Source: an uncultured Armatimonadia bacterium (GTDB lineage: Bacteria > Armatimonadota > Zipacnadia > Zipacnadales > UBA11051). Taken from it: a stretch of 64,000 nt of DNA. The notes under the pieces were generated by a model. It saw only the letters and a program-made list of their open reading frames with translations, was not told where the DNA came from and searched no databases. Position 1 is the first letter of the stretch. Every line of letters begins with the position of its first letter. Of the stretch, positions 1 to 9,696 are shown in pieces. Location of the stretch: assembly GCA_964622325.1 (NCBI GenBank), contig CAZUOJ010000001.1, positions 492 to 64,491 on the forward strand, read 5' to 3'. Both the position numbers and the translations under genes were made by a program.

Positions 1-2384
1 TGCAGCTGGGCAGATAGCTTATCATAAAGAGCTTTTGTTATGCCCTGACGCTCCCGCGCCGCGTGATATTCTGCATTTTCGGATAAATCGCCCAAAGCCC
101 GCGCCCTGGCAATTTCTTGAGGGATCTCCACAGCCAGCAGGCGCTCCAATTCCCGAAGCTTTTGTGTCTGCGCTTCAAGCGTCGCTTTTGTCATTAAAGT
201 GAGACGCGGATCGAGCTCCGGGAGCAGGGCTTCTTCTGGCGTCTCTTTTTGATGCATGGCCAGGATGTTAAACGCTAATTGGGAATGGCCAATTTCTTTG
301 AAGAAAGCTTCCAGCTGGGGCTGGATTTCGCCCGCAATAGGCCGGCGCCGAAAAGGCGCGAGCCATTCTTCAGCCTGGGCATCAAACGGCCATTGTTTAA
401 GCCAGGAAGCTAAGGGGCTGTTGGGACGCAGAAGCCGCAGGGCAGAGCCCTGTCCCGTTCGCGCCGTGGGGCTTTGGACAACGGACAAAGCTGCCGCTAA
501 AAGCAGCCAGGGATTGAGGGGCAATTCGTTTTCAGCTTGATTTGCGCGGCGTAGCTCGTTGTTAAGAATTATTTCTGCGATGGCCATTTTTTGCTGCGGC
601 CGCTCGGGCTTTTGCAGCAATTCTTCAATATGACTCCACAGCGATTCGCCCGCGCGGGCAACAAGCGCATTCAGGGCCTGCTGACGTATTGGCTCAAAGC
701 GCGACGCCAATGCAGAAAAAGCCGCGTCCATCCAGGCGTTTGTCGAAAGGCCCAAATCCAAAAGCAATTGCTGATCCTCCATAGAAGCCGCAAGCGTGAG
801 CGGCGCTGCAGACAAAGCACGTTCCGCAGCGGCCCGCCATTCGGCCTCCCGCTGGGGCTCCCAGCGCATCAAAAGTGGCAAAGCGCGGATCCAATCCTCA
901 GGCTTATCATGAACAGCGAGCCATTGCTGTAAATCGGAGCTGTAAAGCAGCCGCGCCCGATCACTGAGATGTGGATGTTGCGCCAGCAGGCGATTAATAT
1001 AGGACACAGCGCCTTTGACGCCCTTGCGCTTGTCCAAGGGCAAAAGAGGAACATCTGTGTCATCGCCTTGTTTGGCCACACAATAAAGATGGCGAAAGGC
1101 CTGGGAGCAATCAATGCGCGGATCCGCCTCCGCAGCTTTGCGGGCCTGGCGCCACCACTGACTCCAATCTTCCTCAGAAATCAGCCACGGCGTCAAACGG
1201 AGCTTGATGTCAGCCGTACAAATTTCGCCGCCATTTTCCACAATAAGCCGATAAATGATTTCCGCCGGATTTTCTTGGGCCAGGCGACGCAAGCCTTCCA
1301 GATTCGTTGCCCGTTGTACAGCTAAGGAATCTGGAGATAAAGGCAGCAAAACTTTTTGAGCTAAGCTGAGCGCCATCCGATGTCCCGGACGCTCTTCAAA
1401 ATCAATAAAAATTTCTTCGCGCTCGCGTCGTTTGATCAGCCCCACGCCCCAGGAACGATGCCATACATAAGCGCCCGGGCTAAAAGCCGCTAATTGCTGG
1501 AAAGTAGCCAGCGCATCCTCCAGGGGCACATCCGGATTGTCCAGGCCGGATTCCGCAATTGCCTCCGCAAGCTGCTCCCGATGTGCTAAGGGGAAAACAA
1601 CAGCTTGCGCATAAAGCTTTCGGAAGCGGCTTAATTCTGGACGGCGCTCCAGAATCCACGCCAATGTCTCGGCTAACTCCTGCGCCAAATCCAAGGCGAA
1701 GAAGCGTTCTGCAGCGAGCTCAAGGGCTGTCGAGACAAGCTCATCCATCCCCGCGCTGGCCATCCGTCGTAAAATTTGCAGCAGCCGCTCGTATGTGGCC
1801 CGATCCTCTGCTTCCAGAATGCGCAGCAGGGGATCGGCGGCGTTCACTTCTTCCTTAATAGCCACATATCCCTCTAACGCGCCCAGAGCCAACTGAAGAG
1901 CCTCCTGCGTTTCTCCTGCTGCCTCAGCTTCTCGGCTGCGTTCCCATTGCAAATCTGGCGAAGCGGCACATTCCTCATACGCCAGCTCCATAGCCTGCGC
2001 AATATCAGCGCCTGCTTGGCCCGCTCGCCGCACAAGCCGCACAAGCCGATAATCGCCTGTAAGTGGCATCGCCCGCATGCACAAATCTATGACGCTATCC
2101 CAATCTTTACGGCTGGCGGCCTGTTGCGCTAATTGCAGATATATGTTTCCAGCCACATCAGGCTGATTATTTCGTTCTGCCAGCAACGCGCGCACAAAAA
2201 GCGCTTGTGTATGTCCGGCTTGCTGTTCCAAGAGGCGATCCACTAACGCCGTCAGTTCTTGCAGTTGATCCCCATGCGCTTCGGCCACAATCTCGGAAAG
2301 CACAGCGCGTTGTTCGGCTGTCAATTGATGAGTAGCCTCAGGCGCTTGAAGCATTTGTGGCAAATTTTGCATATTTTCCGACAT
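1..2384 (-). CDS. Large protein (>790 aa, C-terminus cut by the window edge). Its C-terminal part carries a GreA/GreB-type N-terminal coiled-coil motif; the rest is of unknown function.
   Basis: There is no stop in this minus-strand frame from 2384 down to position 1, and the ORF track shows only short antisense plus-strand ORFs here. The start ATG at 2384 follows an AGGAGG RBS (plus 2391-2396, reverse-complemented). The translation begins MSENMQNLPQMLQAPEATHQLTAEQRAVLSEIVAEAHG. It ends at the window edge with ...LGDLSENAEYHAARERQGITKALYDKLSAQL, which matches the GreA hallmark DLxENAEYHAAREQQ. Confidence 0.55.
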   Translation of the reverse strand, partial: MSENMQNLPQMLQAPEATHQLTAEQRAVLSEIVAEAHGDQLQELTALVDRLLEQQAGHTQALFVRALLAERNNQPDVAGNIYLQLAQQAASRKDWDSVIDLCMRAMPLTGDYRLVRLVRRAGQAGADIAQAMELAYEECAASPDLQWERSREAEAAGETQEALQLALGALEGYVAIKEEVNAADPLLRILEAEDRATYERLLQILRRMASAGMDELVSTALELAAERFFALDLAQELAETLAWILERRPELSRFRKLYAQAVVFPLAHREQLAEAIAESGLDNPDVPLEDALATFQQLAAFSPGAYVWHRSWGVGLIKRREREEIFIDFEERPGHRMALSLAQKVLLPLSPDSLAVQRATNLEGLRRLAQENPAEIIYRLIVENGGEICTADIKLRLTPWLISEEDWSQWWRQARKAAEADPRIDCSQAFRHLYCVAKQGDDTDVPLLPLDKRKGVKGAVSYINRLLAQHPHLSDRARLLYSSDLQQWLAVHDKPEDWIRALPLLMRWEPQREAEWRAAAERALSAAPLTLAASMEDQQLLLDLGLSTNAWMDAAFSALASRFEPIRQQALNALVARAGESLWSHIEELLQKPERPQQKMAIAEIILNNELRRANQAENELPLNPWLLLAAALSVVQSPTARTGQGSALRLLRPNSPLASWLKQWPFDAQAEEWLAPFRRRPIAGEIQPQLEAFFKEIGHSQLAFNILAMHQKETPEEALLPELDPRLTLMTKATLEAQTQKLRELERLLAVEIPQEIARARALGDLSENAEYHAARERQGITKALYDKLSAQL

Positions 2385-2694
2385 CCTCTCGCCTCCTCTT
2401 TGGCTGTATTGCTTTGTTTTATGTTGTGTTCTGTTATTGCCTCAAAAGCTGTGATAAATAAGCCGCGCAGAAGTGTGCGCGAAGTGGCGTCTAGTATAGC
2501 CGAAAACAAGCGCTGAAGAAAAGATGTTCGTATCGAGGGAGAAGCGAATACAGGAAATTCATTTGCAGGCAATTGGCGTCTGAGCGCCGAAAAAGCCAAT
2601 TATAAAGGACACAGGATAATTTCGAAATTCTGGGGGGACAAAAAAAAATTTTAAGGAATGATTTTATTAACAAAAAACAAACAAGAGGACAAAC

Positions 2695-3843
2695 ATGACA
2701 ACATATGTTGCGATTAACATTGATGCCTTAAGGCATAATGTCCGCAGCGTAATGAGCTATTTAAAGCCGTCCAGCAAACTAATGGCTGTTGTTAAAGCGA
2801 ATGCCTACGGACATGGGCTTGTCGAAACGGCGCGAATCTTTGCCCAGGAGGGAGCCTCCTGGCTAGGCGTTAGCACTGTAGAAGAAGGAATTGCTTTAAG
2901 GCAAGCTGGCTTGGATCTGCCTGTTCTTGTGTTTCTGCCGCCACTGCCCGATGAATACGAAGCTCTTATCCAGCATCGTCTTATTGCGACAGTGCTTTCC
3001 GTGGCGCATATCAATGGGCTCGGCCTAACTGCGCGTAAAATGGGCCAGGCTGTGATGTGTCATGTGTATGTGGATACAGGCCTGGGGCGGATCGGCGCAG
3101 ATGATTCGCTGCTGGATATATTAGATGCTGCTGCCGTTTATGCTCCTTTGCATATCACAGGCGTGTACACGCATTTTGGGCCTCCTGGCTCGGGGCGGAT
3201 GCTGGAATCCCTTGATGATCTGCGCCAGGGAGCTTCTGTTCAAGCGTTTGCCAAATTAGCACGGCAGGCGTTGGCGCAAGCCGGGGAGGGCGCAAGGCCC
3301 ATCCACGCTGCCGCCAGCGCCTTATTTTTAGAAAATCGGGAAAGCCATCTGGATTTAGTTCGGATTGGCACATTGCTTTATGGCCAATATCCGGATTATA
3401 TCAAGCACAGGCCTCTCTCTTTACGGGAGGATACATTTCGGCTCTATTCCCGAATTGTAGCGATTCATACAGTGCCCAAAGGCAGCCCTATTGGCTATGG
3501 AGGAGAATTTATTTGTGGCCGCGACACGCGCGTGGCGACAGTGCCTGTAGGACTGGCTCAGGGCCTGGGCATGGCGCCCCAATCTCTCAGCAGCCGCTTG
3601 CGTGGGGCGATCAAGGCGTGGATTGTTGGCCGCGAGGGACGCCGAGGCCGAACACGCTATGCTCTTCAGGCGCAATTGAAAACAGGCGCAGCGCCAATTA
3701 TTGGCCGTATTTCCATGGATCAATGCTGCCTGGATGTCACAGATCTGCCGGATGTCCAGATCGGAGATGAAGTTGTTCTGCCCGTGCGGCGGATAGCTGT
3801 AGACTCAAGCATTCCTCGGCGTTATGTCTCCGATGGAGATTGA
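2695..3843 (+). CDS. alr: Alanine racemase (PLP-dependent)
   Basis: 382-aa ORF. The N-terminal motif AVVKANAYGHG contains the PLP-lysine of the alanine racemase family. Length and the C-terminal beta-domain region are typical. Confidence 0.8.
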   Translation: MTTYVAINIDALRHNVRSVMSYLKPSSKLMAVVKANAYGHGLVETARIFAQEGASWLGVSTVEEGIALRQAGLDLPVLVFLPPLPDEYEALIQHRLIATVLSVAHINGLGLTARKMGQAVMCHVYVDTGLGRIGADDSLLDILDAAAVYAPLHITGVYTHFGPPGSGRMLESLDDLRQGASVQAFAKLARQALAQAGEGARPIHAAASALFLENRESHLDLVRIGTLLYGQYPDYIKHRPLSLREDTFRLYSRIVAIHTVPKGSPIGYGGEFICGRDTRVATVPVGLAQGLGMAPQSLSSRLRGAIKAWIVGREGRRGRTRYALQAQLKTGAAPIIGRISMDQCCLDVTDLPDVQIGDEVVLPVRRIAVDSSIPRRYVSDGD

Positions 3844-4037
3844 ATTTTATATTTTAATGGCAGGCGTTTATCCCATACGAGAGGCCCGCTAACGCTCCCT
3901 TTTTGGGAAATACAAATTTGGCCGCAACAAATTTCAGGCTTATTCCCCCAAAAATTTTATCCCAAAGCAGGAATAATTAGCCAAATGTGCAATATTTATT
4001 TTAAGCATAAATAGTTTCCTAAAAGGAGGCTATTAAA

Positions 4038-7000
4038 ATGTCCATAATAATCCATAAAATTGGAAAACGATTTTTGATTTCATATGGCATTGTAATGTTT
4101 ATTTTTGTATTTATGTGTCCGGGTTGGACACAAAAAGAAGCAAAATTGCCTGATAATGTGAAAGTCGTTTGGGATCTCAACAAGGCGTTTCATGAAATCA
4201 CGCCAACGCGAGAACGCATTTGTCTCAATGGCTTATGGCGCTGGCAGCCGGCGGATCCCCAAGCTGAAAACATTCCCACAAGCAATTGGGGCTTTTTTAA
4301 AGTGCCAGGCTATTGGCCGGGATATTCCGATTATATGCATAAGGAAAGCCAGATTTTGTTTCCGCATCCAAGCTGGCAGAATCAGCCTTTAGGGGATGTT
4401 ATTGCCGCGTGGCAACAGCGCGAGCTTACAATTCCGGCCCATTGGGCGGGGCGGAGGATTACGCTATATGCAGAATATGTTAATTCTTTCGCGACAGTAT
4501 ATCTGGATGGCCAGAAGGCGGGCGAAATTCGTTTTCCGGCGGGCGAAGTGGAACTGACAGCTCTATGTCGGCCTGGCGCTACGCACATTTTGAGCCTCCA
4601 TGTCGTGGCGATGCCGCTGAAGGCTGTGATGCTATCCTTTAGCGACACAAACGCGGCGAAACAAGTGGCGGGACGCGTGCAGCGGCGAGGCCTTTGCGGC
4701 GATGTCTATCTTGTCAGCACGCCCCCACAAGCGAGAATTCGGCATATGCGCATAGATACATCTGTGCGCAGTGGGAAAATCACATTTCATGTGGCCCTGG
4801 AGGGGCTAGTTCCCGACACGCCTTATGCGCTGCAGGCGCAAATTCTGGAGCAAAACAAGCCTGTGGCCACATTCACAAGTCCGCTTTTTCGGGCCGCGGA
4901 TCTCCGAGACGGACAGATTTCCTTTAGCGCTTCCTGGAAGCCTGACAAATTGTGGGATTTGCATACGCCGCAAAATCAATTTATTGCGGCTGTATCTCTT
5001 CGGGAAGCAACAGGAAAAATTATTGATATAGCCTTTCCAGAGCGCTTTGGCTTTCGGGAATTCTGGATAGAGGGACGAGATTTTTATCTGAACGGCTCGC
5101 GGATTTATTTGTCGGCGCTTCCGCTGGACAATGCCCAAATGAACGCCTGGGCGGCGAGCTATGAGGGCGCCAAAGAAAGTCTGTTGCGATATAAGAAAAT
5201 GGGCATTAATTTTATGTACACGCATAATTACGGTTGTGAGCCCGGGAGCCATTTGAGTTTTGCGGAGATTTTGCGCGCGGCCGATGATGTAGGAATGTTA
5301 ATTGCGCTCTCCCAGCCGCATTTCAGCGCCTATGAATGGAACGCGCCCAATGCCGATCAAAATAATGGCTACGCGCGGGACGCTGCTTTTTATGTGCAAG
5401 TGGCGGGCAGCCATCCCTCTGTTGTGTGTTACGCCACAAGCCATAATGCAACAGGCTATGCGGAGGATATGAATCCTGATTTGTTGGATGGCAGCTATGA
5501 GCCGGATGCGCCCTGGACGCTGCGCAATCGGCAATATGCGGCGCGCGCCGAAAAAATCATCCAATCATTGGATCCCAGCCGTATTGTGTATCATCATTCG
5601 TCGGGCAATTTTGGCACGATGCATACAAGCAATTTCTATGTGAATATGGCGCCGGCACAAGAATTAGATGAGTGGTTTGGCGCGTGGGCGGCCAATGGGA
5701 AAAAGCCCATGTTCACATGCGAATATATGGTTCCGTGCACATGGGATTTCACAATGTATCGCGGCTGGTATCATGGCGGCCGCGCTTTTGGCAGCGCTAT
5801 TGTGCCGTGGGAGTTCTGCAGCGCCGAATGGAGTGCGCAGTTTTTAGGAGATCAGGCATATCAATTACAAGAAGAAGAGAAAGCGAATATTCGTTGGGAG
5901 GCGCAGCGTTTTCGGCAGGGCAATTTGTGGCATCGCTGGGATTATCCGCATCAAGTGGGACGCCCTGTGTTTACGGATCAGCAAAAAATCATTGGGCAAT
6001 ATTTGCAGCAGAATTGGCGGGCATATCGCACATGGGGCGTGTCTGCTATCTCGCCGTGGGAATATGGAGCATTTTGGCGATTGCGGCCGAATGTGGATAA
6101 ATCCCGTAAAAATCTCCCTGTGGATTGGGAAAATCTGCAGCGGCCGGGATTCAGCGCTGATTTTCTGGAGGATCAACGGGAAATTTATCCGCTGGGCTAC
6201 AGGGAAGAGGATTTTGTGCCCACGCCAGCCGGCGAGGCGGTGCTGCGCAACAATCAGCCGTTATTAGCCTATATTGGCGGCAAGCCCGAAGCCTTTACAA
6301 GCAAGGATCATAATTTCTATCCGGGCGAGCGTCTCAGCAAACAATTTATTATCATCAATAATTCCCGCCGGCCTGTGTTTGTGAGGGGACAATGGACGCT
6401 TAATTTGCCCCAGCCGCTGAAAGGAGAATTCACAGTGGAGAATTTGCCGACGGGGGAGCAACGGCGCTTGCCAGTGCACATCGCACTGCCCAATAATGTG
6501 CCTCCGGGCCAATACATACTGCAGGCGGAATTCAAATTTAATACAGGAGAAATACAAACAGATAGCTTTCGCCTCCATATTTTACAGCGTCCCCCTGCGT
6601 TGGCAATCAGATCCCGCCTCGCTGTGTATGATCCTGGGGGAGAAACGAAGAATTTGCTAACGCGAATGAATATCCCCTTCACGCCAGTGGAGCCGACAGC
6701 AGATGGGGACGGCTTTGAGGTGCTTATTATTGGCAAGCGGGCTTTGACGCCTGAAGGCCCAGGGCTCAATCTCACGCGTGTTCGACAGGGCCTGAAAGTG
6801 ATCGTGTTTGAACAGACAAAAGATACATTGGAGAAGCGTCTGGGGTTTCGGACAGCCGAATATGGCCTGCGCAATGTCTTCATTCGCGTGCCCAATCATC
6901 CGCTTGTCCGCGGACTGACGGCTGAAGCTTTGCGAGATTGGCGCGGAGAAGCCACGCTGACGCCGCCGCGGCTAGAATACAAAACAAGTCAGCGTTACGG

Positions 7001-8534
7001 GGGGCCTTCTATTTTTTGGTGCGACGTGGAAGTGCCGCAAGTCTGGCGTTGCGGCAATCGCGGCAATGTGACTTCTGTGCTCATTGAGAAGCCCTCTAAG
7101 GGAGATTTTTTGCCTATTTTGGACGGCGGCTTTAGCCTCCAATATAGTCCGCTTCTGGAATATCGCGAAGGAACAGGGCTTGCGTTGTTCTGTCAGCTGG
7201 ATGTGACAGGGCGTACGGAAGCGGAGCCAGCCGCGGAGATATTAATGAGAAACATTCTGGACTATGTCGCTGCCTGGCAGCCTGCTCCACGGCGTCAGGC
7301 CATGTATGTAGGCGATCGTGCGGGGCAACAATATTTCCAATCTGACATTCCGCTCCTGCCTTATAATCCGGAGCAGCTCAATCCAGAGCGCGTTGTGCTT
7401 ATCGTGGGCGCAGGCGGAGGCGCTCAGCTGGCTCAAGATAAAGAGCGAGTAGGCGCTTTTTTGCAAAATGGCGGCCATCTGTTGGCTCTGGGGCTGGAGG
7501 AACAGGAAGCCAATAGCTTCCTGCCTTTTTCCGTGAAAACGAAGCGCGCAGAACATCTGAATTGTTATTTTGAGGCGCCTCCGGCTTCATCGCCTTTTGC
7601 TGGCCTCAGTCCTGCCGATGTGCACAATCGCGCCCCGCGGGAGCTGCCCCTCATCACAGAAGGGGCGAATGTGATGGGCAATGGCGTGTTGGCCGAAGCT
7701 GCCCAGGGCCGTCTTGTTTTCTTTCAATTGCCGCCCTACACCGTTACGCGTTCAAAAGGCGTGCTGCCTTCGCTGCGTGTGGATAATCAAGAAGCACAGG
7801 AAGGACAAAATAGCGCTTTGTTGACATTAGGCGCAATTACGGGACGCGGCACAGCGTTTGGGCAGATATTCCAAAAGCCGCCTATTGAAGTAGGAAAAAG
7901 ATACACATTTGCAGTTTTTGTGAAGCCTATAAATGGGCCCGTAAAAGCCCATTTGGAGATTGAGCGGCCTGTGCGGCCGTGGGATCGGGCGCTCCGTGGG
8001 CCGGATGTAGAATTGCCCATAGGCCAATGGACAGAATTGCATGAAACTTTTACAGTGGATCGTCCTTTTGCGGAGGGCTGGAATGCCTATTTTGTCTGCG
8101 CAGAAGAAGGCGGACAGCTGCGGCTGGACAATTTCCGGCTTTATCAAGGCGATTATGTGCCGGGCGGGATGCCTGCAGGCGCCCAAAATTTCTTTGCTAA
8201 CGGCGGATTTGAGGATGGCTACACAGGCTGGCGATTTATCGTGGATGTGCAGCATAATCTGCGCCGCACATATCGGCGGACAGCGTATGCCTTAACGCGG
8301 CTGCTGGCGAATATGGGCGTCGCGGCGCCAACGCCGCTTTTAGATTATTTTAGCCGCCCTGTGACGCCTATCCCGCCAGAGACACAGGCGCCCCTTTCTC
8401 CCGCCTATTATGCCTGCCATGCGCAACAGGGCAGCGTGCCTGTGCCAGCTGGACAAGAGCAGAGATGGAGAAACGCTTTCTATGTAGATGAGCCGGAAGA
8501 TTGGGATTATCCATATCGCTTCTTCCGCTGGTAA
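4038..8534 (+). CDS. Very large secreted multidomain glycoside hydrolase (1498 aa) with a GH2-like sugar-binding jelly-roll N-terminus and a TIM-barrel domain
   Basis: Preceded by an AAAGGAGG RBS. The N-terminus is hydrophobic (signal peptide or anchor). The region FKVPGYWPGYSDYMHKES...HWAGRRITLYAEYVNSFATVYLDGQKAGEI resembles the GH2 N-terminal sugar-binding domain. A later block GINFMYTHNYGCEPGSH resembles a clan-A TIM barrel. Confidence 0.55.
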   Translation: MSIIIHKIGKRFLISYGIVMFIFVFMCPGWTQKEAKLPDNVKVVWDLNKAFHEITPTRERICLNGLWRWQPADPQAENIPTSNWGFFKVPGYWPGYSDYMHKESQILFPHPSWQNQPLGDVIAAWQQRELTIPAHWAGRRITLYAEYVNSFATVYLDGQKAGEIRFPAGEVELTALCRPGATHILSLHVVAMPLKAVMLSFSDTNAAKQVAGRVQRRGLCGDVYLVSTPPQARIRHMRIDTSVRSGKITFHVALEGLVPDTPYALQAQILEQNKPVATFTSPLFRAADLRDGQISFSASWKPDKLWDLHTPQNQFIAAVSLREATGKIIDIAFPERFGFREFWIEGRDFYLNGSRIYLSALPLDNAQMNAWAASYEGAKESLLRYKKMGINFMYTHNYGCEPGSHLSFAEILRAADDVGMLIALSQPHFSAYEWNAPNADQNNGYARDAAFYVQVAGSHPSVVCYATSHNATGYAEDMNPDLLDGSYEPDAPWTLRNRQYAARAEKIIQSLDPSRIVYHHSSGNFGTMHTSNFYVNMAPAQELDEWFGAWAANGKKPMFTCEYMVPCTWDFTMYRGWYHGGRAFGSAIVPWEFCSAEWSAQFLGDQAYQLQEEEKANIRWEAQRFRQGNLWHRWDYPHQVGRPVFTDQQKIIGQYLQQNWRAYRTWGVSAISPWEYGAFWRLRPNVDKSRKNLPVDWENLQRPGFSADFLEDQREIYPLGYREEDFVPTPAGEAVLRNNQPLLAYIGGKPEAFTSKDHNFYPGERLSKQFIIINNSRRPVFVRGQWTLNLPQPLKGEFTVENLPTGEQRRLPVHIALPNNVPPGQYILQAEFKFNTGEIQTDSFRLHILQRPPALAIRSRLAVYDPGGETKNLLTRMNIPFTPVEPTADGDGFEVLIIGKRALTPEGPGLNLTRVRQGLKVIVFEQTKDTLEKRLGFRTAEYGLRNVFIRVPNHPLVRGLTAEALRDWRGEATLTPPRLEYKTSQRYGGPSIFWCDVEVPQVWRCGNRGNVTSVLIEKPSKGDFLPILDGGFSLQYSPLLEYREGTGLALFCQLDVTGRTEAEPAAEILMRNILDYVAAWQPAPRRQAMYVGDRAGQQYFQSDIPLLPYNPEQLNPERVVLIVGAGGGAQLAQDKERVGAFLQNGGHLLALGLEEQEANSFLPFSVKTKRAEHLNCYFEAPPASSPFAGLSPADVHNRAPRELPLITEGANVMGNGVLAEAAQGRLVFFQLPPYTVTRSKGVLPSLRVDNQEAQEGQNSALLTLGAITGRGTAFGQIFQKPPIEVGKRYTFAVFVKPINGPVKAHLEIERPVRPWDRALRGPDVELPIGQWTELHETFTVDRPFAEGWNAYFVCAEEGGQLRLDNFRLYQGDYVPGGMPAGAQNFFANGGFEDGYTGWRFIVDVQHNLRRTYRRTAYALTRLLANMGVAAPTPLLDYFSRPVTPIPPETQAPLSPAYYACHAQQGSVPVPAGQEQRWRNAFYVDEPEDWDYPYRFFRW

Positions 8535-8614
8535 GGCGCCCGTCCTGCGGGAGAGAAGGCATGCCAAAGATGTCTTGACAAATAAATTGAAATTTAAATT
8601 CCATCCAAATCATA

Positions 8615-8660
8615 CAGGGAGAAATTAGCATTGCAAAGCTTTAATCTCCCTGTTTTTGTT
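8615..8660 (+). terminator. Putative intrinsic terminator after the 1498-aa gene
   Basis: A 7-bp stem cagggag (8615-8621) pairs with ctccctg (8646-8652) around a 24-nt loop, followed by TTTTTGTT (8653-8660). Confidence 0.4.
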
Positions 8661-8721
8661 CAGAAACACACAAAAAGTACAGAGCAACGAAAAAAATAAA
8701 AAAAGGAAGCAGACAGGAAAT

Positions 8722-9619
8722 ATGCGCATTATGCGAGGCACATTTTGTGTATTTTCGCTTTTTTGCGCTATTTCGCTAAGCATATCAGCTCCTCAGACAA
8801 AGCCCTGGCGCGTTGCCATCTCTGGGGGGCAAGCTGTCACGGCGCTGGGGGGCAATGTGCCAGGCTATTTAAGCATTTTTGCGTTACATGGCCTGCCGCG
8901 TCTGCGCCTGGATGAGAGCGAACTGACAAATCTGGAAAGGCTGCGTCAATTTGATGTTGTAATTGCCTGTTGGGGGAAATATGGCCGCGAGCCCGCCTTA
9001 CGAACATTGGAGCAATTTGCGCAGGAGGGCGGGATCGTTGTGCTGGAGGGCTGGCCGCTTCCGGGCGAACATGTGCTGCGGGGCAAACGCCTGGGGCCCG
9101 CGCCCTGTCCAAATGTGCGATTTGTGTCCTCCCCAAGCCCGATTTCCCCAGGATTGCCCGAATGGGGGCTGATTGAATGTGCGGCGGGCCATCGGGAAGT
9201 GGGCTCAATCATCCCCGAGCCCAATACAGGGGCGATTGTGCTGGCCCGCTATACAGATGAAAATGCGCCGGAAAAAATCCGCGGACGCTTGCGGGACGGC
9301 AATCAGGGCGGCCCCTGCTATCCTGTACATTCCCTATGGCAAAGGCTGTATCCTGTATTGTGGCCCTTCGCTCCCTGTGCAGGAAATCAGCCCCGAGCGG
9401 CCTGCGGAGCATTTTATCTGCCGCGCTTTAGAAGTGCTCAGCAAGGGGGAGCTTTATAGCCGTTTTCATACAGGCAAAATGGATCGGACAGAATTGCTGA
9501 CAATTTCAGCGCCAGTCTTGGGCTTCAAAGACCTCTGGATGTCCACAGCCGGGCTCGACGAAAACACATCAGCCGTAAGCAGGAAAAGAGCGCGTAGCCG
9601 ACGAATGGAGCAGAATTAA
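8722..9619 (+). pseudogene. Secreted protein gene of unknown function (class I glutamine-amidotransferase/ThuA-like guess) with an apparent +1 frameshift near 9300-9320
   Basis: Two overlapping ORFs are involved: 8656..9459 in frame 1 and 9173..9619 in frame 2. Protein-like sequence switches frames near the CCCC run at 9312-9315. Frame 1 degrades into ...GNQGGPCYPVHSLWQRLYPV. Frame 2 becomes good there: ...AAPAILYIPYGKGCILYCGPSLPVQEISPERPAEHFICRALEVL. The N-terminus MRIMRGTFCVFSLFCAISLSISAPQ is a signal peptide. Confidence 0.45.
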
Positions 9620-9696
9620 CGCAATCTGCCGCTGCGGCTGGGCCATGCTTCGCCACCGCGCATAGATAATAGATATTAGCTAGAGGTGAACGAGCG

